From IMG/VR virus record IMGVR_UViG_3300020460_001009: a stretch of DNA of 64,000 nt, one strand, 5' to 3'. This document shows positions 37,786-49,181 of the stretch, piece by piece (positions within the stretch are counted from its first letter, which is position 1; each line of letters begins with the position of its first letter). A program made the position numbers and the translations under genes. Origin of the DNA: an uncultured virus (IMG/VR IMGVR_UViG_3300020460_001009) (taxonomy: Duplodnaviria; Heunggongvirae; Uroviricota; Caudoviricetes). The notes under the pieces were generated by a model that was not told the DNA's origin, did no database searches, and saw only the letters and a list, made by a program, of their open reading frames with translations.

Positions 37786-38550
37786 TTACCTATAATTAGG
37801 AATTTTTGGAGTGCTGATTAGTCTGCCGAGATCATCGTAATGATATAAAATATTAATAATAAGTATTTCCTCTGCACTTAATATGAATGGTACATTATTT
37901 AATAATGTTTTATCTCTTAATAATTTATTATTCATAATATCAGAAATGTTTTGATAAACATTAGTAATTTTTAAAAAGTTTTCTGCATTCATAATTAAAA
38001 GATTATCATTTATTTTTGAGGTTTCAGGACGACAAGAAGATGTATAAATCTTAGAATCGTCTAACTGATGTAAAAAATCACAGTCAATTCGTTTTCTAAA
38101 ATCATATCTACAAGTAATGATAAATTCATAATCAAGATTTTGCTCTTCAACAATTTTACATAAACGAGAACGTGAATAAAATTGTGACATACAATTTTTA
38201 ATATTGTAATAAATTCTTTTATTAAATTTTTTAGTGGTTTTTCCAATAATAGAATATTTGACATCGTCTAAATCACCATCGAATGGTGCATCAACTTCTA
38301 ACTTTATAGGATTATATAGTTTAGATATTTTAGTGTGTACATCCCTTACAATCTCTGCGTTTTTTCCGTCTCCCTTTCTCCAGGGTGAATGCTCATATTT
38401 TTCAAAATCTGTACCATATTCATAAGAATGACAATAAAAATCTATATCAAAATCACATTCTGCAACTGATTTTGTTAGATTGGCATGGCCTTGCTCTAGA
38501 AAACGAGGTTGACCATACAATGCACAGGCTATTTTCTTTTTATTTGACAT
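37786..38550 (-). CDS. hypothetical glycosylation-cluster protein
   Basis: KIACA..GQPR, DFYCH, SQFYS, YEFII.CRYD pattern; AT-rich. Confidence 0.6.
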   Translation of the reverse strand: MSNKKKIACALYGQPRFLEQGHANLTKSVAECDFDIDFYCHSYEYGTDFEKYEHSPWRKGDGKNAEIVRDVHTKISKLYNPIKLEVDAPFDGDLDDVKYSIIGKTTKKFNKRIYYNIKNCMSQFYSRSRLCKIVEEQNLDYEFIITCRYDFRKRIDCDFLHQLDDSKIYTSSCRPETSKINDNLLIMNAENFLKITNVYQNISDIMNNKLLRDKTLLNNVPFILSAEEILIINILYHYDDLGRLISTPKIPNYR

Positions 38551-39719
38551 TTTATTTTCCTATTTTCTGGTAATTCCGCAAAAATTTGCTTTTTATTTTC
38601 ATCAACCATTTCCCACGAAACATCGTTACGACCAAAATGTCCGTGATAAGAAGTTTTGCGATAAATAGGTTTTCTTAATCCAAGGAAGTCAATGATTCCA
38701 CTTGGAGTTAAATTAAAATTCTCAGTTACTGCATTTTCAATGTTGGACTCGACGATTTTGCCTGTTCCGAACGTATCAACACGAACACTTACGGGTTCTG
38801 CAACTCCGATAGCATAAGCAAGTTGAACTTCGCATTTGTCTGCTACACCACTTGCTACAATTGTTTTAGCAACGTGTCGTGCCATGTAAGCCGCACTTCT
38901 ATCTACTTTTGTAGGGTCTTTACCACTAAATGCTCCACCTCCATGTCGTGCCATTCCTCCGTAAGTATCAACGATGATTTTACGACCTGTAAGACCTGTA
39001 TCTCCGTGTGGTCCACCGATAATGAATTGACCCGTTGGATTGATATGAAATTTGGTGTCTATTAAATACTTTTCATCTACAACTTCACGAATAAGTGCTT
39101 CAATATCCTTTTTGATTGTTTCTTGCGTTACGTCTTCATCGTGTTGAGTTGATAGCACAATTGTATCTACACGAATTGGTTTGTCGTTTTCATCGTATTC
39201 CACCGTAACTTGTGACTTGGCATCTGGACGAAGATACGGGATACTCTTTGAATGTCGTGCTTCTTCTACCTTCTGAATAATTTGATGCGACAACATAATA
39301 GGCAATGGCATTAGTTCGGGTGTTTCGTTGCAAGCATATCCAAACATAAGTCCTTGGTCACCTGCTCCTGCTTCTTTATGCTCCCCTTCACCTTCATTGA
39401 CTCCCAATGCAATATCAGCACTTTGACGATCAACTGTAAACAACACAGAACATCCGTTTGCACTTATTCCGTATTTTTCATCGGTGTATCCAATGTCTGA
39501 TAAAACTTTTCGTGCAATTTCTTGAAAGTTTACCCAACCATCTGCGGTAATTTCACCACCAACAACAACGAGTCCTGTTGTCGCAAATGTTTCGCAAGCA
39601 ACCCTTGCATTTGGATCTTGTGCCAAAAACGCATCAAGTACTGCGTCTGATATTTGATCACAGACTTTATCTGGGTGGCCACTTGACACACTCTCTGATG
39701 TAAATAGTTTTTTGTTCAT
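38529..39719 (-). CDS. metK: S-adenosylmethionine synthetase
   Basis: [42 protein letters not shown]. Confidence 0.97.
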   Translation of the reverse strand: MNKKLFTSESVSSGHPDKVCDQISDAVLDAFLAQDPNARVACETFATTGLVVVGGEITADGWVNFQEIARKVLSDIGYTDEKYGISANGCSVLFTVDRQSADIALGVNEGEGEHKEAGAGDQGLMFGYACNETPELMPLPIMLSHQIIQKVEEARHSKSIPYLRPDAKSQVTVEYDENDKPIRVDTIVLSTQHDEDVTQETIKKDIEALIREVVDEKYLIDTKFHINPTGQFIIGGPHGDTGLTGRKIIVDTYGGMARHGGGAFSGKDPTKVDRSAAYMARHVAKTIVASGVADKCEVQLAYAIGVAEPVSVRVDTFGTGKIVESNIENAVTENFNLTPSGIIDFLGLRKPIYRKTSYHGHFGRNDVSWEMVDENKKQIFAELPENRKIKCQIKRK

Positions 39720-39725
39720 ACAATG

Positions 39726-40397
39726 TTAGTTTCCGAATTCGTAATCAAAGTGGTTGATGTCATCGGCATATCTTTCCGCAACTTTATCAATCATCCATTG
39801 TTCGTCATATGCCTCTGTATAAGGACGATGATTACTTTTGTTTGAATGAACGAGGTTTGGTTCGGGTAAACCAATTTGCTTGAAAGCATACTTTATATCA
39901 TTATCTAAATTTTCCACTTTTCCTACAAAGTCTAACATATTATTTCCATCGTTGTCAAGAACCCAATCAATTTGACGATTTCTTTTTTTGTTTGGTTTGC
40001 AATACTTTTTCAGATACTGTTTAAAATTAGCACACTCTGCATCAATTCGCAATACTTTTTCTACAAACCAAGTCGGGTCCCATCCCATATCAGATTTTTT
40101 AAATTCCTTTGCCCTTCTCTTTAAATAAGAAAATGTAGATAACTTTCTGTCCCAAGGATTTCTTACTATAGTGAATTTAAACCATTTATCCCATTCCCAA
40201 TCTTTTTTATTTGCTTTATAGTATCGTTCGGCAAAATAATATTTCATTTTTTTAGCGGGAATATGATGATAACAAATTGTTTTTCTTTCAGCACATGATG
40301 TAATATCTGCATACGGGTCTAGAAGTTCTCTTACGGATGTACTTGCAGTTTTGTGTATTGAAATATACACAAATTTATGTTTCCACGACAATCTCAC
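39726..40397 (-). CDS. sulfotransferase (Sulfotransfer_2 family)
   Basis: IHKTASTSV, IVRNPWDRKLS, DFVGKVENL. Confidence 0.85.
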   Translation of the reverse strand: MRLSWKHKFVYISIHKTASTSVRELLDPYADITSCAERKTICYHHIPAKKMKYYFAERYYKANKKDWEWDKWFKFTIVRNPWDRKLSTFSYLKRRAKEFKKSDMGWDPTWFVEKVLRIDAECANFKQYLKKYCKPNKKRNRQIDWVLDNDGNNMLDFVGKVENLDNDIKYAFKQIGLPEPNLVHSNKSNHRPYTEAYDEQWMIDKVAERYADDINHFDYEFGN

Positions 40398-41162
40398 TTA
40401 AAAATGAAGTTTGTAATACTTCGTTAAGTTTTCAATCAGAAAGTCTTTTGCAGTTTCCACGTCATCTACAATCTTGAACAAATCCAAGTCTTTTTTGCTG
40501 ATTGTTCCTGCTTCAATAAACTTGTCCCAACCAACTATGTTTTCCCAAAAGTCTTTTCCGTATAAAATTGTTGGAACAGGTTTCTCGATTTTCTGACATT
40601 GAATCAAAGTTAATGCTTCAAATAATTCATCCATTGTACCGAATCCACCAGGAAACACAACCAATGCTTTTGCTTGATAAAGAAACCAATACTTGCGTGT
40701 AAAGAAATAATGATAAACGAAATCCATTTCAGGAGTCACATACTCATTATTGGTTTGTTCAAATGGTAACTTGATTCCAAGACCAACTGATTTTCCTCCT
40801 GCATCATACGCACCCTTATTCGCAGCTTCCATGATTCCTGGTCCAGCACCACTGCTGATATAAAACTTGTTTTTGCGTTCCGAGAAGGTTTTCTCCGACC
40901 ACTCTGTCAATTGCTTGCTGAGTTCGTATGCTTCAGTATAATATCGGTCATATCCGTTTTTCTTAAATTGCTCGGATTCTTCATTGATTCTTGCACTTCC
41001 TTGAAAAACAATTGTATGTCTAATTCCAGTTTTTTTCATTCTAGCCTCTGTTTCCATCAATTCCGCAAGAACCCTCAACCATCGTGCTTCACGACTATTC
41101 ATGAACGTCATGTTTTCGTGTGCTTCTTTGGTACTCTTTCGTTTCTTTGGATTATACTTCAT
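40398..41162 (-). CDS. LOG-family nucleotide phosphoribohydrolase
   Basis: GSAR, GPGIMEAANKG, LPFEQ, YFFTRK, PGGFGTMDE. Confidence 0.9.
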   Translation of the reverse strand: MKYNPKKRKSTKEAHENMTFMNSREARWLRVLAELMETEARMKKTGIRHTIVFQGSARINEESEQFKKNGYDRYYTEAYELSKQLTEWSEKTFSERKNKFYISSGAGPGIMEAANKGAYDAGGKSVGLGIKLPFEQTNNEYVTPEMDFVYHYFFTRKYWFLYQAKALVVFPGGFGTMDELFEALTLIQCQKIEKPVPTILYGKDFWENIVGWDKFIEAGTISKKDLDLFKIVDDVETAKDFLIENLTKYYKLHF

Positions 41163-41200
41163 ATATTATAAATAGAAGTTTCCGATGAAATTATAAAAAG

Positions 41201-42424
41201 TTAATTGGAGTTTGAATAACATCGGAACTCAGACATATATCTGGAAGCATCGGACACATCAACATCAACATACTTTGAGTTATACCCATTGACATCGGTA
41301 AAATAGTCATCGGAGTTTCTATCGATTTCAGCAACTTGGTCCTTGATCAATTTTGCACCTATAACAGTATTGTCAACCGTGGAAACATTTACATACTCAG
41401 AACGAAACCCACAAACAGACTTAATATCATCCCGAAGGTTATAAATATGACGTTCAATAGAAGTTAGTGAATCTACATTCAACGAATTACCCAAGTCTTC
41501 GTGGTGAAGAATATTATAAATAATTCCGACGTTATCTGGAGAAAATGCTTCTTCCCATCTAGGTGAAGCACCCGGTGCATTATGCACTCCGTTTCCTGCA
41601 CCTGCAAGGTTTTTCCATCCTGCACTATATAATGTACCAAGTACACTTGGCATCTCAGAAATATCAAATCCAACGGGTGCCACTTTTGTCTCATCATCCG
41701 AAAACTTACCATTTGTTGCAATAGTACCAAGTGCCCAATAATCGATTGTCTTACGCAAATATGCAAATATCATCTTGGCACTATTCTTGGGATCAACTAT
41801 ATGATTAAACAAAGCAGTAAGTTGAGTTTGATTAGTTAAGTCTCCACTAAATCCAGCAACCTCATTGTAATAACCATCACTTATTAGAACCGATAATGTA
41901 TTTGGAGTAAATTGTGCAGGTCCATACGAATTATCTGCTCCATACGGTCCAGTTTGGTCTTGCAACCAATCTATTATATCATGCTGTCGCAACTCGTCTA
42001 GTAATATCAATGCAATTGTCGTTGTCTCCACATCGGTGGCAGGATTATCAACATAATAATATATGTCCTGACCTTTACACTTCTTGTATATCAAATATTC
42101 TCTGGATTCATGTACAACTTCCTCGGTACATTCACATTCATATTTTTTTAATCTAATCCAATATGCACCCGATGTGTGTATATCATCCGCAAGGTCCTTT
42201 GAAATGATATATTGTCCATAAAATCCCTGTGAACCTAGTTCTCCGGAAACTTCAAGATATGGAGGTGTATGTCCATGATATACGTTAGCACTGGAAAGTG
42301 CCACTTCAACACATACATCACACTCAACACTCTGTTGCCGAACTGGAAACGATTGTAGCACATTTTTAGTTACCGTATCAAAAAGTTCGATCTTAAAATT
42401 TGGTGTACATTTGCTCACTATCAA
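41201..42424 (-). CDS. hypothetical protein, possible lysozyme-like domain
   Basis: ILLDE...SYGPAQ...DPKNS..AYL...LGTLY pattern resembles lytic transglycosylase motifs. Confidence 0.5.
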   Translation of the reverse strand: MIVSKCTPNFKIELFDTVTKNVLQSFPVRQQSVECDVCVEVALSSANVYHGHTPPYLEVSGELGSQGFYGQYIISKDLADDIHTSGAYWIRLKKYECECTEEVVHESREYLIYKKCKGQDIYYYVDNPATDVETTTIALILLDELRQHDIIDWLQDQTGPYGADNSYGPAQFTPNTLSVLISDGYYNEVAGFSGDLTNQTQLTALFNHIVDPKNSAKMIFAYLRKTIDYWALGTIATNGKFSDDETKVAPVGFDISEMPSVLGTLYSAGWKNLAGAGNGVHNAPGASPRWEEAFSPDNVGIIYNILHHEDLGNSLNVDSLTSIERHIYNLRDDIKSVCGFRSEYVNVSTVDNTVIGAKLIKDQVAEIDRNSDDYFTDVNGYNSKYVDVDVSDASRYMSEFRCYSNSN

Positions 42425-42433
42425 CTGCCAACG

Positions 42434-43549
42434 TTAGGGTGTATCCTTGATTGTGGGATAAATTATTACACCTGAGTTGTTTTTAATCCACTTTGTAGAA
42501 CTCTGCAAAGGTTTTGCATAGTCTATCGGGTTCTCAAAATATTGGTCTTGATATGGTGTTACCGTCTCCTTGCCAACTACCTTGTAGATTTCAGTCCACT
42601 CCTCGATATGTGATTTGTAAACATTTCCCTCTCCATCTTCTTCATCGATAACCGTCCTCCTATAATGAAATGTCATAAGTTTTCCGTCCTCAAGGTCGTG
42701 TCCCTTCCATTGCTTTCCTGGTTCAACATATACTTTTGAACCCGTGAAACATTGTGTTTGCTCATCTCGTTTTGCCATAACACTTGCAGGTTGAATTACC
42801 CACCATTCTTCGTCGGCAAGTTTAATCGGTGGCCAGCTTGCAAGTTTCCAAGTCGCGAGATCCTTGTTATACAACTCTTGGGCCCAATGTTCTGACCATC
42901 GGTAACCCGCAGGATCACGCTTGGTATATGCTGATGGATTTGTTTCCCACCAAGATTTTTCTTCATGGTACGTATACGCCCCTTTGTACCTTTCATCATG
43001 TGGACTTGGTTTGGCATCAAGTTTTGCTTGCAGTTCAAGGTTTTCGAGGTCAGTCATTGGTTGCTCAGTGGGTATAAAAGATAATTTTACCTTTAGTGGT
43101 CTTGTTCCAGGAATGTCCACAAAATCCGAATCGGAACTTGCAGAAAAGGATGCCATTGCTTGATTTATTTGAGCCACTTCTGCCTCGGTAAGAAACGCAG
43201 GTTCCACACCCGCAGTCACCTCAGAACACTCATCCACTGGAGATAATGCAGATGAAACTGACATACACTCATCCGTCCCATGTTCAGAAATTGTACCCGA
43301 TAGGCATATTGAGTCTGTTGGTAGGTGTTTAATTTCTATATTGCTACATCCGGAAGTTCGTACAATCTTAGCACTAAACTCGTTTTTTACGGAATTTGGG
43401 TGACATACATCACATCCGTCCATGTACGGATACGGAAACTCACCCGAAGATATTGTCTCACCATCCCCGTCAATTATATCATATGCAACAAAGCATACAT
43501 CCTCAGTTGTTGTTCCAGTTGGTACAGGATTATCAGTTTCATCACTCAT
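42434..43549 (-). CDS. hypothetical protein (Cys-containing acidic N-terminus)
   Basis: 371 aa ORF, GGAGA RBS. Confidence 0.65.
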   Translation of the reverse strand: MSDETDNPVPTGTTTEDVCFVAYDIIDGDGETISSGEFPYPYMDGCDVCHPNSVKNEFSAKIVRTSGCSNIEIKHLPTDSICLSGTISEHGTDECMSVSSALSPVDECSEVTAGVEPAFLTEAEVAQINQAMASFSASSDSDFVDIPGTRPLKVKLSFIPTEQPMTDLENLELQAKLDAKPSPHDERYKGAYTYHEEKSWWETNPSAYTKRDPAGYRWSEHWAQELYNKDLATWKLASWPPIKLADEEWWVIQPASVMAKRDEQTQCFTGSKVYVEPGKQWKGHDLEDGKLMTFHYRRTVIDEEDGEGNVYKSHIEEWTEIYKVVGKETVTPYQDQYFENPIDYAKPLQSSTKWIKNNSGVIIYPTIKDTP

Positions 43550-43576
43550 TTTTAACTCTCCTATTTAATTTTTATA

Positions 43577-44134
43577 TCATATACAATCTCGGAATGCATC
43601 TTCAACATGAGCAATACACTTCTCAAGTGCATCATCCCCATACCAATTCCACTCAACCAAGCAATCTGCATTTTTTCTAAGAAGAGGATCGTTCTCCCGT
43701 TCATAATCGTTCGCAGGTTTGTTTCCTACCATCGTCAAGTGAATAATCTTTCCACCTATCTTATGTATGTATTCAATTTCGTTTGGAAATCTGATGTCGG
43801 TGACTATTGACACCGTGTTGTTCTTTTGATTTTCAACGATTACTTCCTCAACCTTTTTCACCCAGTGCAGATCATCTTTCTTCCGCATAATTTCAGTTCC
43901 CCATGTCGTAAGCATGGGACGAATGATTTCCTTTTCCTCGGTTACTTCCGTGAATGCAGATATGCCAAGTTTCTCCATCAAGAATGCATCTACGTCTTTT
44001 TTAAGTTCGTCCGCAAAGGCAAGTCTCTGTGATTCATAGTTATGTGATTTTAGATATTGCCGTGCATATTTGCAGAATGTATCCTTTCCACATCGGGCAA
44101 GACCCGTTAGACCGATTATCATTGGTACTTCCAT
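43577..44134 (-). CDS. deoxynucleoside monophosphate kinase
   Basis: IIGLTG..RCGKDT, AFADELK, WGTE..R, TDIRFPNE. Confidence 0.85.
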   Translation of the reverse strand: MEVPMIIGLTGLARCGKDTFCKYARQYLKSHNYESQRLAFADELKKDVDAFLMEKLGISAFTEVTEEKEIIRPMLTTWGTEIMRKKDDLHWVKKVEEVIVENQKNNTVSIVTDIRFPNEIEYIHKIGGKIIHLTMVGNKPANDYERENDPLLRKNADCLVEWNWYGDDALEKCIAHVEDAFRDCI

Positions 44135-44173
44135 TATGTTAAATAACTATAAACTATACTTGGTTTTATATAC

Positions 44174-47100
44174 TCACCTCCATATAAGATCAGAGTGTTT
44201 ATATATGCGTAATCCACCTATTCGTGGACGAGTATTCTCTATCCAAATCTCAATCGTATCCGGACGATTCCAGTTTTCACCAGTAGTCGTAAACGTGGCA
44301 CTATTTACAATATTCACATCTTTTCGTTTCGTGTTCATTTGACTCCCGTCCACCTCGTTCCAAACAACATTACAATTTTTATCACCAGATTTTCTCAAGA
44401 ATCGCATGGAGATTTTTGTAGATTTAATATTGTCAATAACAATAGTATACTTGGTATTGGCATCCAAACGATCAATTGTCTTGCGAAGTTTCATGACACT
44501 CTGGTCGGTGGACCTCCTAACCACATCATACTCAAGTGGTTTTTGATCGAACCAGGCCGACTTCAGGGTAACACCTCCGTGAGTCCAATCTTCCGGAACT
44601 CCGGAGTCATCCGATTTCGAGAAAGTCTCCAAGACAACCGCATTGCAACCCACCTCAACAATAGATGCCGATGCAATTTTATGATATGATTTCATAGCAA
44701 TTTCAATTGTGTCTGGAGTTGCCCAGTCCTCATCAGAAATTTCAAACTTGGCAGTTTTCTTAATACGAACTGAACTTGATTTAAATTTCGTGTCCAATTG
44801 AACCTCACCATCAATCGAAGTCCACTTAATTGGGGCAGACTTTGTTCCACCTTTTCGCAAAAACTGCACAGGAACTGGTTTATCTTTATAAACATTTAAG
44901 TTAATGACATACTCAACTCCGGCACGAAACTCATGTTCAAATCCACCGTTAAGTATAATCGGTGCTTTACCATGTACAAATCCATTGGACAATGCCATCG
45001 ACTTCAACATATCGGTTTCTAAATTTTGCGTATCTTTGGACTCACTAGCCCCACTGTGAGTGGCAGTTTTCCAATCGGATATTTTCCCCGATTCAATTAT
45101 ACCAAAGTATGAATTCTTAATATAATCCGCACATCTAGGTGGAATTGGACAATGACTTACGTTCAAACTACCAGATGTTTCATTAGGATTCCCCCACTGC
45201 AACTCAAGTGGACATGAAATTCCATAACTGGCATCAATAGGAAATGACGAATGATCCGGAAGAATCTCCTCTCCACCAAGTTCATTACTGATGATCCACG
45301 AAGTTGGTAGATAACTCATCTGTTCACCCATCCAGTTCCAATAAATGTATCTGCGAGTTCCCTTGAAATCTTTACCAAGTGTGCTTTTCCAATATCTTCT
45401 TGGATATCCAGAACCATCATCATAGGTTCCAGGTGAAAAATACTCACCATTTACATGTTCGTCTGCGGAACCAGTTATGCAGATATTAGTCCCACCGCAC
45501 TCTCCTGGCCACGGATGTGGTGCGGGAGTCGGTGATTGCATTGCAGGCAACATAAACGTAGTCACAAAAACCGCATCTTGATATACAACTGGTTCTGATT
45601 CGTATTGACTTTGTGCAGGATATAATTTCAATTCAACGGGAAGTTCCTCCTCTTGTGACATATTATACATGGAGGGCAGATTAATCGTGAGAGTTTGATC
45701 AGACACATATTGAATGCCCTGATGTGGCCAACCTTCTCCCAAATAATCAACTTCCCACGCCCACATATCAACTCCATCACCGGCAACTTCATCAATGAGT
45801 ATCACAACATCAGTACCATCAACCGTAACTGAATCCAGTTTAATATACGGGGCAACTATGCAATTACTACTAGTTATTTGCAAATCACCTGCATTGGTGT
45901 GTGACGTGCCATTTGTTATATAATTTCTCCAAGTTCTATCAGTTGGACAATCTCCTCCTGGGGCATCTGCCTTACCAAGTTCCGCAAGTACCGTGTTTGA
46001 AAAGGAATATGGATTATAACCATTTCGGTTCTTTACAATTGCCCACCAACCTTCGTGGTTTTCCAATTCTCCATATGATTCGGTGGTGAATGTGGATTCA
46101 CCATACCCAACAGTAACCACGGGTTGCATGGTATATACAAGTGAATAATAACCATTGGAATAAATACTTTTATCATTCAATGTATATTGAGTTTTTGTAT
46201 ACTCACCACTAACATCTGAATGTTGACTAGTATACGATGCAGGATGTTTACACATATAAATTGAGTTCAAATCACATCCATCCGTAGTAACCGGTGGTTC
46301 GGTTGAACTTCCACTTGGTGGTGGTTCGGTTGAACTTTCACTTGGTGGTGAAGCTTGCGTTACTTGGATTCCACTTGGCCAAACTGACTGAAATGGACAT
46401 ACACCATACGAAACATATGATGCGGAGACCGCAATTTCAGAACCATAACTCAACTTCCAATTACAATTGTACCAACATAACTGAATACCATTGTTCAGTC
46501 CCCATTTTGGCATACCAGCTGAGTCCAATCCCATGTAGTCAAGTATAAAACCTCCACCCAAAGAACTATCATTTAGTAACTCACCCCCGACTTGTATCTG
46601 TGGGTTGGAGTATCTGCACAATTGTGCCTCGGCAACTCCTCCACGGACCGTGAGTTCCTGACAATCCAGTGTGGACTCCGCACCAGTTGCGGTAGCACTG
46701 GCAGGAATAACATCATCACAATCACCAATTGTTATAGTTCCACCATAATTCGTGGAAACTCCGTCTCCATATGGATTTTCGTCAACCAGATTAACCTTAA
46801 TGAATCGGTTAGTTTGATGATCTCCTGCCCAGGAAATTCTATATCCAGTATAATCTGTTCCCTCAAAATACTCCAGTTGATGAGTTCCGGAGTTCACAGG
46901 AATCGTATGCGTCCAGTAGGGTTTGTTATCAACTCCATTACCTTGATACTCATATACTCCATTGAGAGTATTGGAACTGGGTTTGGGATACATATAGTCT
47001 TCGTTTGAATTTGGCATATTGGCCGTTGAAATTCCATGTACACATATGGTTGGTGGTGAACCAACACTGGGACACTCCGGAAATTCACAATTATTATTTG

Positions 47101-47608
47101 GGTCTCTACCAACGGTTGTTCCGTCTGGACAATGGTGCACATCTGCCGGACAAACCACCGCAGACTCTTTCAATGATATTTCAGAAAGTTTAGTAAACTT
47201 GTTATTAAACTGAATCTCAATCGTATCCACATCTCCATTGTAGTCGGCTAATGTTGTAAACTTTGCCGATGTTTTCACAATTTGAACCGCACCGGTGATC
47301 GTTGGAGTAAATCCGTCAATACCATCCACCTCTTTCCAGTGAACCTTGGCATTCTTCGCACCGTCTTTTCTTTTGAATTTAATTCGAACTTCTTTACCGT
47401 CAGATGCCGGTTCAGGTGATATGTTTATGACATAGTCAACTTCCCTGGATAGTTTTGAGAACGATTGTTTGATAATCACACTACCATCACTATCGGTTCG
47501 TTGCACAATGCCTTTATTAAGTTTTGTTGCATTAAATTTTTCTTGATTAAGTTGCCAGCTGACAAATCCATCATTGAAATTTCCATTGGTTATCAATTCA
47601 TCTCCCAT
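44174..47608 (-). CDS. large modular surface/fibre-like protein with three repeated jelly-roll-like domains
   Basis: F.RK.G.K....W...DG...DTIEI three times; CPDG..VGRDP..CEF..CP module; Pro/Ser linkers. Confidence 0.7.
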   Translation of the reverse strand: MGDELITNGNFNDGFVSWQLNQEKFNATKLNKGIVQRTDSDGSVIIKQSFSKLSREVDYVINISPEPASDGKEVRIKFKRKDGAKNAKVHWKEVDGIDGFTPTITGAVQIVKTSAKFTTLADYNGDVDTIEIQFNNKFTKLSEISLKESAVVCPADVHHCPDGTTVGRDPNNNCEFPECPSVGSPPTICVHGISTANMPNSNEDYMYPKPSSNTLNGVYEYQGNGVDNKPYWTHTIPVNSGTHQLEYFEGTDYTGYRISWAGDHQTNRFIKVNLVDENPYGDGVSTNYGGTITIGDCDDVIPASATATGAESTLDCQELTVRGGVAEAQLCRYSNPQIQVGGELLNDSSLGGGFILDYMGLDSAGMPKWGLNNGIQLCWYNCNWKLSYGSEIAVSASYVSYGVCPFQSVWPSGIQVTQASPPSESSTEPPPSGSSTEPPVTTDGCDLNSIYMCKHPASYTSQHSDVSGEYTKTQYTLNDKSIYSNGYYSLVYTMQPVVTVGYGESTFTTESYGELENHEGWWAIVKNRNGYNPYSFSNTVLAELGKADAPGGDCPTDRTWRNYITNGTSHTNAGDLQITSSNCIVAPYIKLDSVTVDGTDVVILIDEVAGDGVDMWAWEVDYLGEGWPHQGIQYVSDQTLTINLPSMYNMSQEEELPVELKLYPAQSQYESEPVVYQDAVFVTTFMLPAMQSPTPAPHPWPGECGGTNICITGSADEHVNGEYFSPGTYDDGSGYPRRYWKSTLGKDFKGTRRYIYWNWMGEQMSYLPTSWIISNELGGEEILPDHSSFPIDASYGISCPLELQWGNPNETSGSLNVSHCPIPPRCADYIKNSYFGIIESGKISDWKTATHSGASESKDTQNLETDMLKSMALSNGFVHGKAPIILNGGFEHEFRAGVEYVINLNVYKDKPVPVQFLRKGGTKSAPIKWTSIDGEVQLDTKFKSSSVRIKKTAKFEISDEDWATPDTIEIAMKSYHKIASASIVEVGCNAVVLETFSKSDDSGVPEDWTHGGVTLKSAWFDQKPLEYDVVRRSTDQSVMKLRKTIDRLDANTKYTIVIDNIKSTKISMRFLRKSGDKNCNVVWNEVDGSQMNTKRKDVNIVNSATFTTTGENWNRPDTIEIWIENTRPRIGGLRIYKHSDLIWR

Positions 47609-47638
47609 AATATATCTCCGTATTCAATATTTTCAAAT

Positions 47639-49141
47639 TTACATTTCGTAAGTTTCACCGAAAAAGGTGCATATGTGTGGGTCGCATCCCGCACTTGCCC
47701 AACCGTGACTATTCTTGGGACACTCACACAGGTCATCAGGATCCCCCACACAATGTCCAGTTCCATTACCCTTTGCCGGGCCCGACACCTCCTCTCCAGT
47801 ACACGCATCGATGCACGTTTCACAACAACTGGATTGGTCTTCCTGAAGTGCCTGTGTAGTTTCGTCACACACCTCACACGCACAACAATTTTCTGGCCAC
47901 AAATCTGAATTTGAATGTATATCTGCCGACGTATGCAATTGATCTTCGGGAGGAAGAAAACCATTCTGCACCGGTTTATTTTTTATAGTATGTAAATTGA
48001 ATACACCCCAATTGGCATTTGCATCATCCTTCCATGCTTCCATCGCATAATCATTGCCATAGTACATCGTATATACAAAACAATCCCCATCCTGGTTTGG
48101 TAAATATGCAAAATTCAACTTCGTTCCCCGATCATTCGTTTGGTTTTTTTGTGCGTCTCCCCATGTAGGTAGAAATGTAGTTAGTTTTTCTATATAGTCT
48201 TGCAGTGACACTCCTTCCAAAATTCCCCATTCCTGAACTTCAGGTTCCAAAGTCCACGGATGTCCATCGACACATGTATGAATTTTATGTTTTATCCACA
48301 ATAGATTCAACTTGGATGCACATCCATCCCCTGAATTACAATCATCATGGGAATTTGCCCAGAGATTATGTGCCGAACCACTTGTAAAGTCTGCCCCACC
48401 GGGAACAAAATCCAACCGTGTACATCCATCATCCTGACACTCATACGAATGATAACATTTATCCGCATCACACTGTGGGTTGTCTGTATTTTCTTCCGCA
48501 CTAGTTTTACAACAAACATCACCACCCTTTTCAGGAGTAGTCCATATTTGAAAACACGGACTTGTGGTTTCATGCAAAGCAGGTCCGAAGTCATGACACT
48601 CCGCAACAATTCCACACGCACCCGGTACACGAATTGCATCGTAGGAGTCATCATACCACTGTTCTGGTACAAGAAGATCGTTGTAGTTGGATTCATCAGT
48701 TCCTGCAGGATTGTATGTAATAGAACCATCTGCCGACTGAGTGAATGCCCTTGGTTTCTCTCCAGTCAGACCCGCAAATCTTACTTGACACGGTCCGTGG
48801 ACCGGATGTTGAAAATAGTAGAACTTTTTTGTATCAATCTTGTTACCAGGTACATTAAGTTTAACATAAAGGGTATCCACCTGTTGGCCAATTGTAATGT
48901 ATGGAAAGGTATTGTCCGTCCGGTTAGACCAGTCGTCTGTCGTCGATGGAGCCGCATGGAGAGTGTTTGGACCAAGCTTGTACTCTTCAGGTTTATCATC
49001 CAATGCCGAGTCGGTACGGTCTCGATCCACATACATAACAGAGCCAGAATCATTGTCTGGACAAGTGAAAGAATATGGTTTTACAATCCCGGCCTGGTAA
49101 GAGTTTCCTGTACTTTGTTGTTTGCTTTGTTCATTTTTCAT
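47639..49141 (-). CDS. Cys-rich protein with DPH-YEM tail
   Basis: 500 aa; ends GCDPHICTFFGETYEM. Confidence 0.75.
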   Translation of the reverse strand: MKNEQSKQQSTGNSYQAGIVKPYSFTCPDNDSGSVMYVDRDRTDSALDDKPEEYKLGPNTLHAAPSTTDDWSNRTDNTFPYITIGQQVDTLYVKLNVPGNKIDTKKFYYFQHPVHGPCQVRFAGLTGEKPRAFTQSADGSITYNPAGTDESNYNDLLVPEQWYDDSYDAIRVPGACGIVAECHDFGPALHETTSPCFQIWTTPEKGGDVCCKTSAEENTDNPQCDADKCYHSYECQDDGCTRLDFVPGGADFTSGSAHNLWANSHDDCNSGDGCASKLNLLWIKHKIHTCVDGHPWTLEPEVQEWGILEGVSLQDYIEKLTTFLPTWGDAQKNQTNDRGTKLNFAYLPNQDGDCFVYTMYYGNDYAMEAWKDDANANWGVFNLHTIKNKPVQNGFLPPEDQLHTSADIHSNSDLWPENCCACEVCDETTQALQEDQSSCCETCIDACTGEEVSGPAKGNGTGHCVGDPDDLCECPKNSHGWASAGCDPHICTFFGETYEM

Positions 49142-49181
49142 ATTAATACGTTCCCTATTTTAATTTCAATTGTTTACACGT

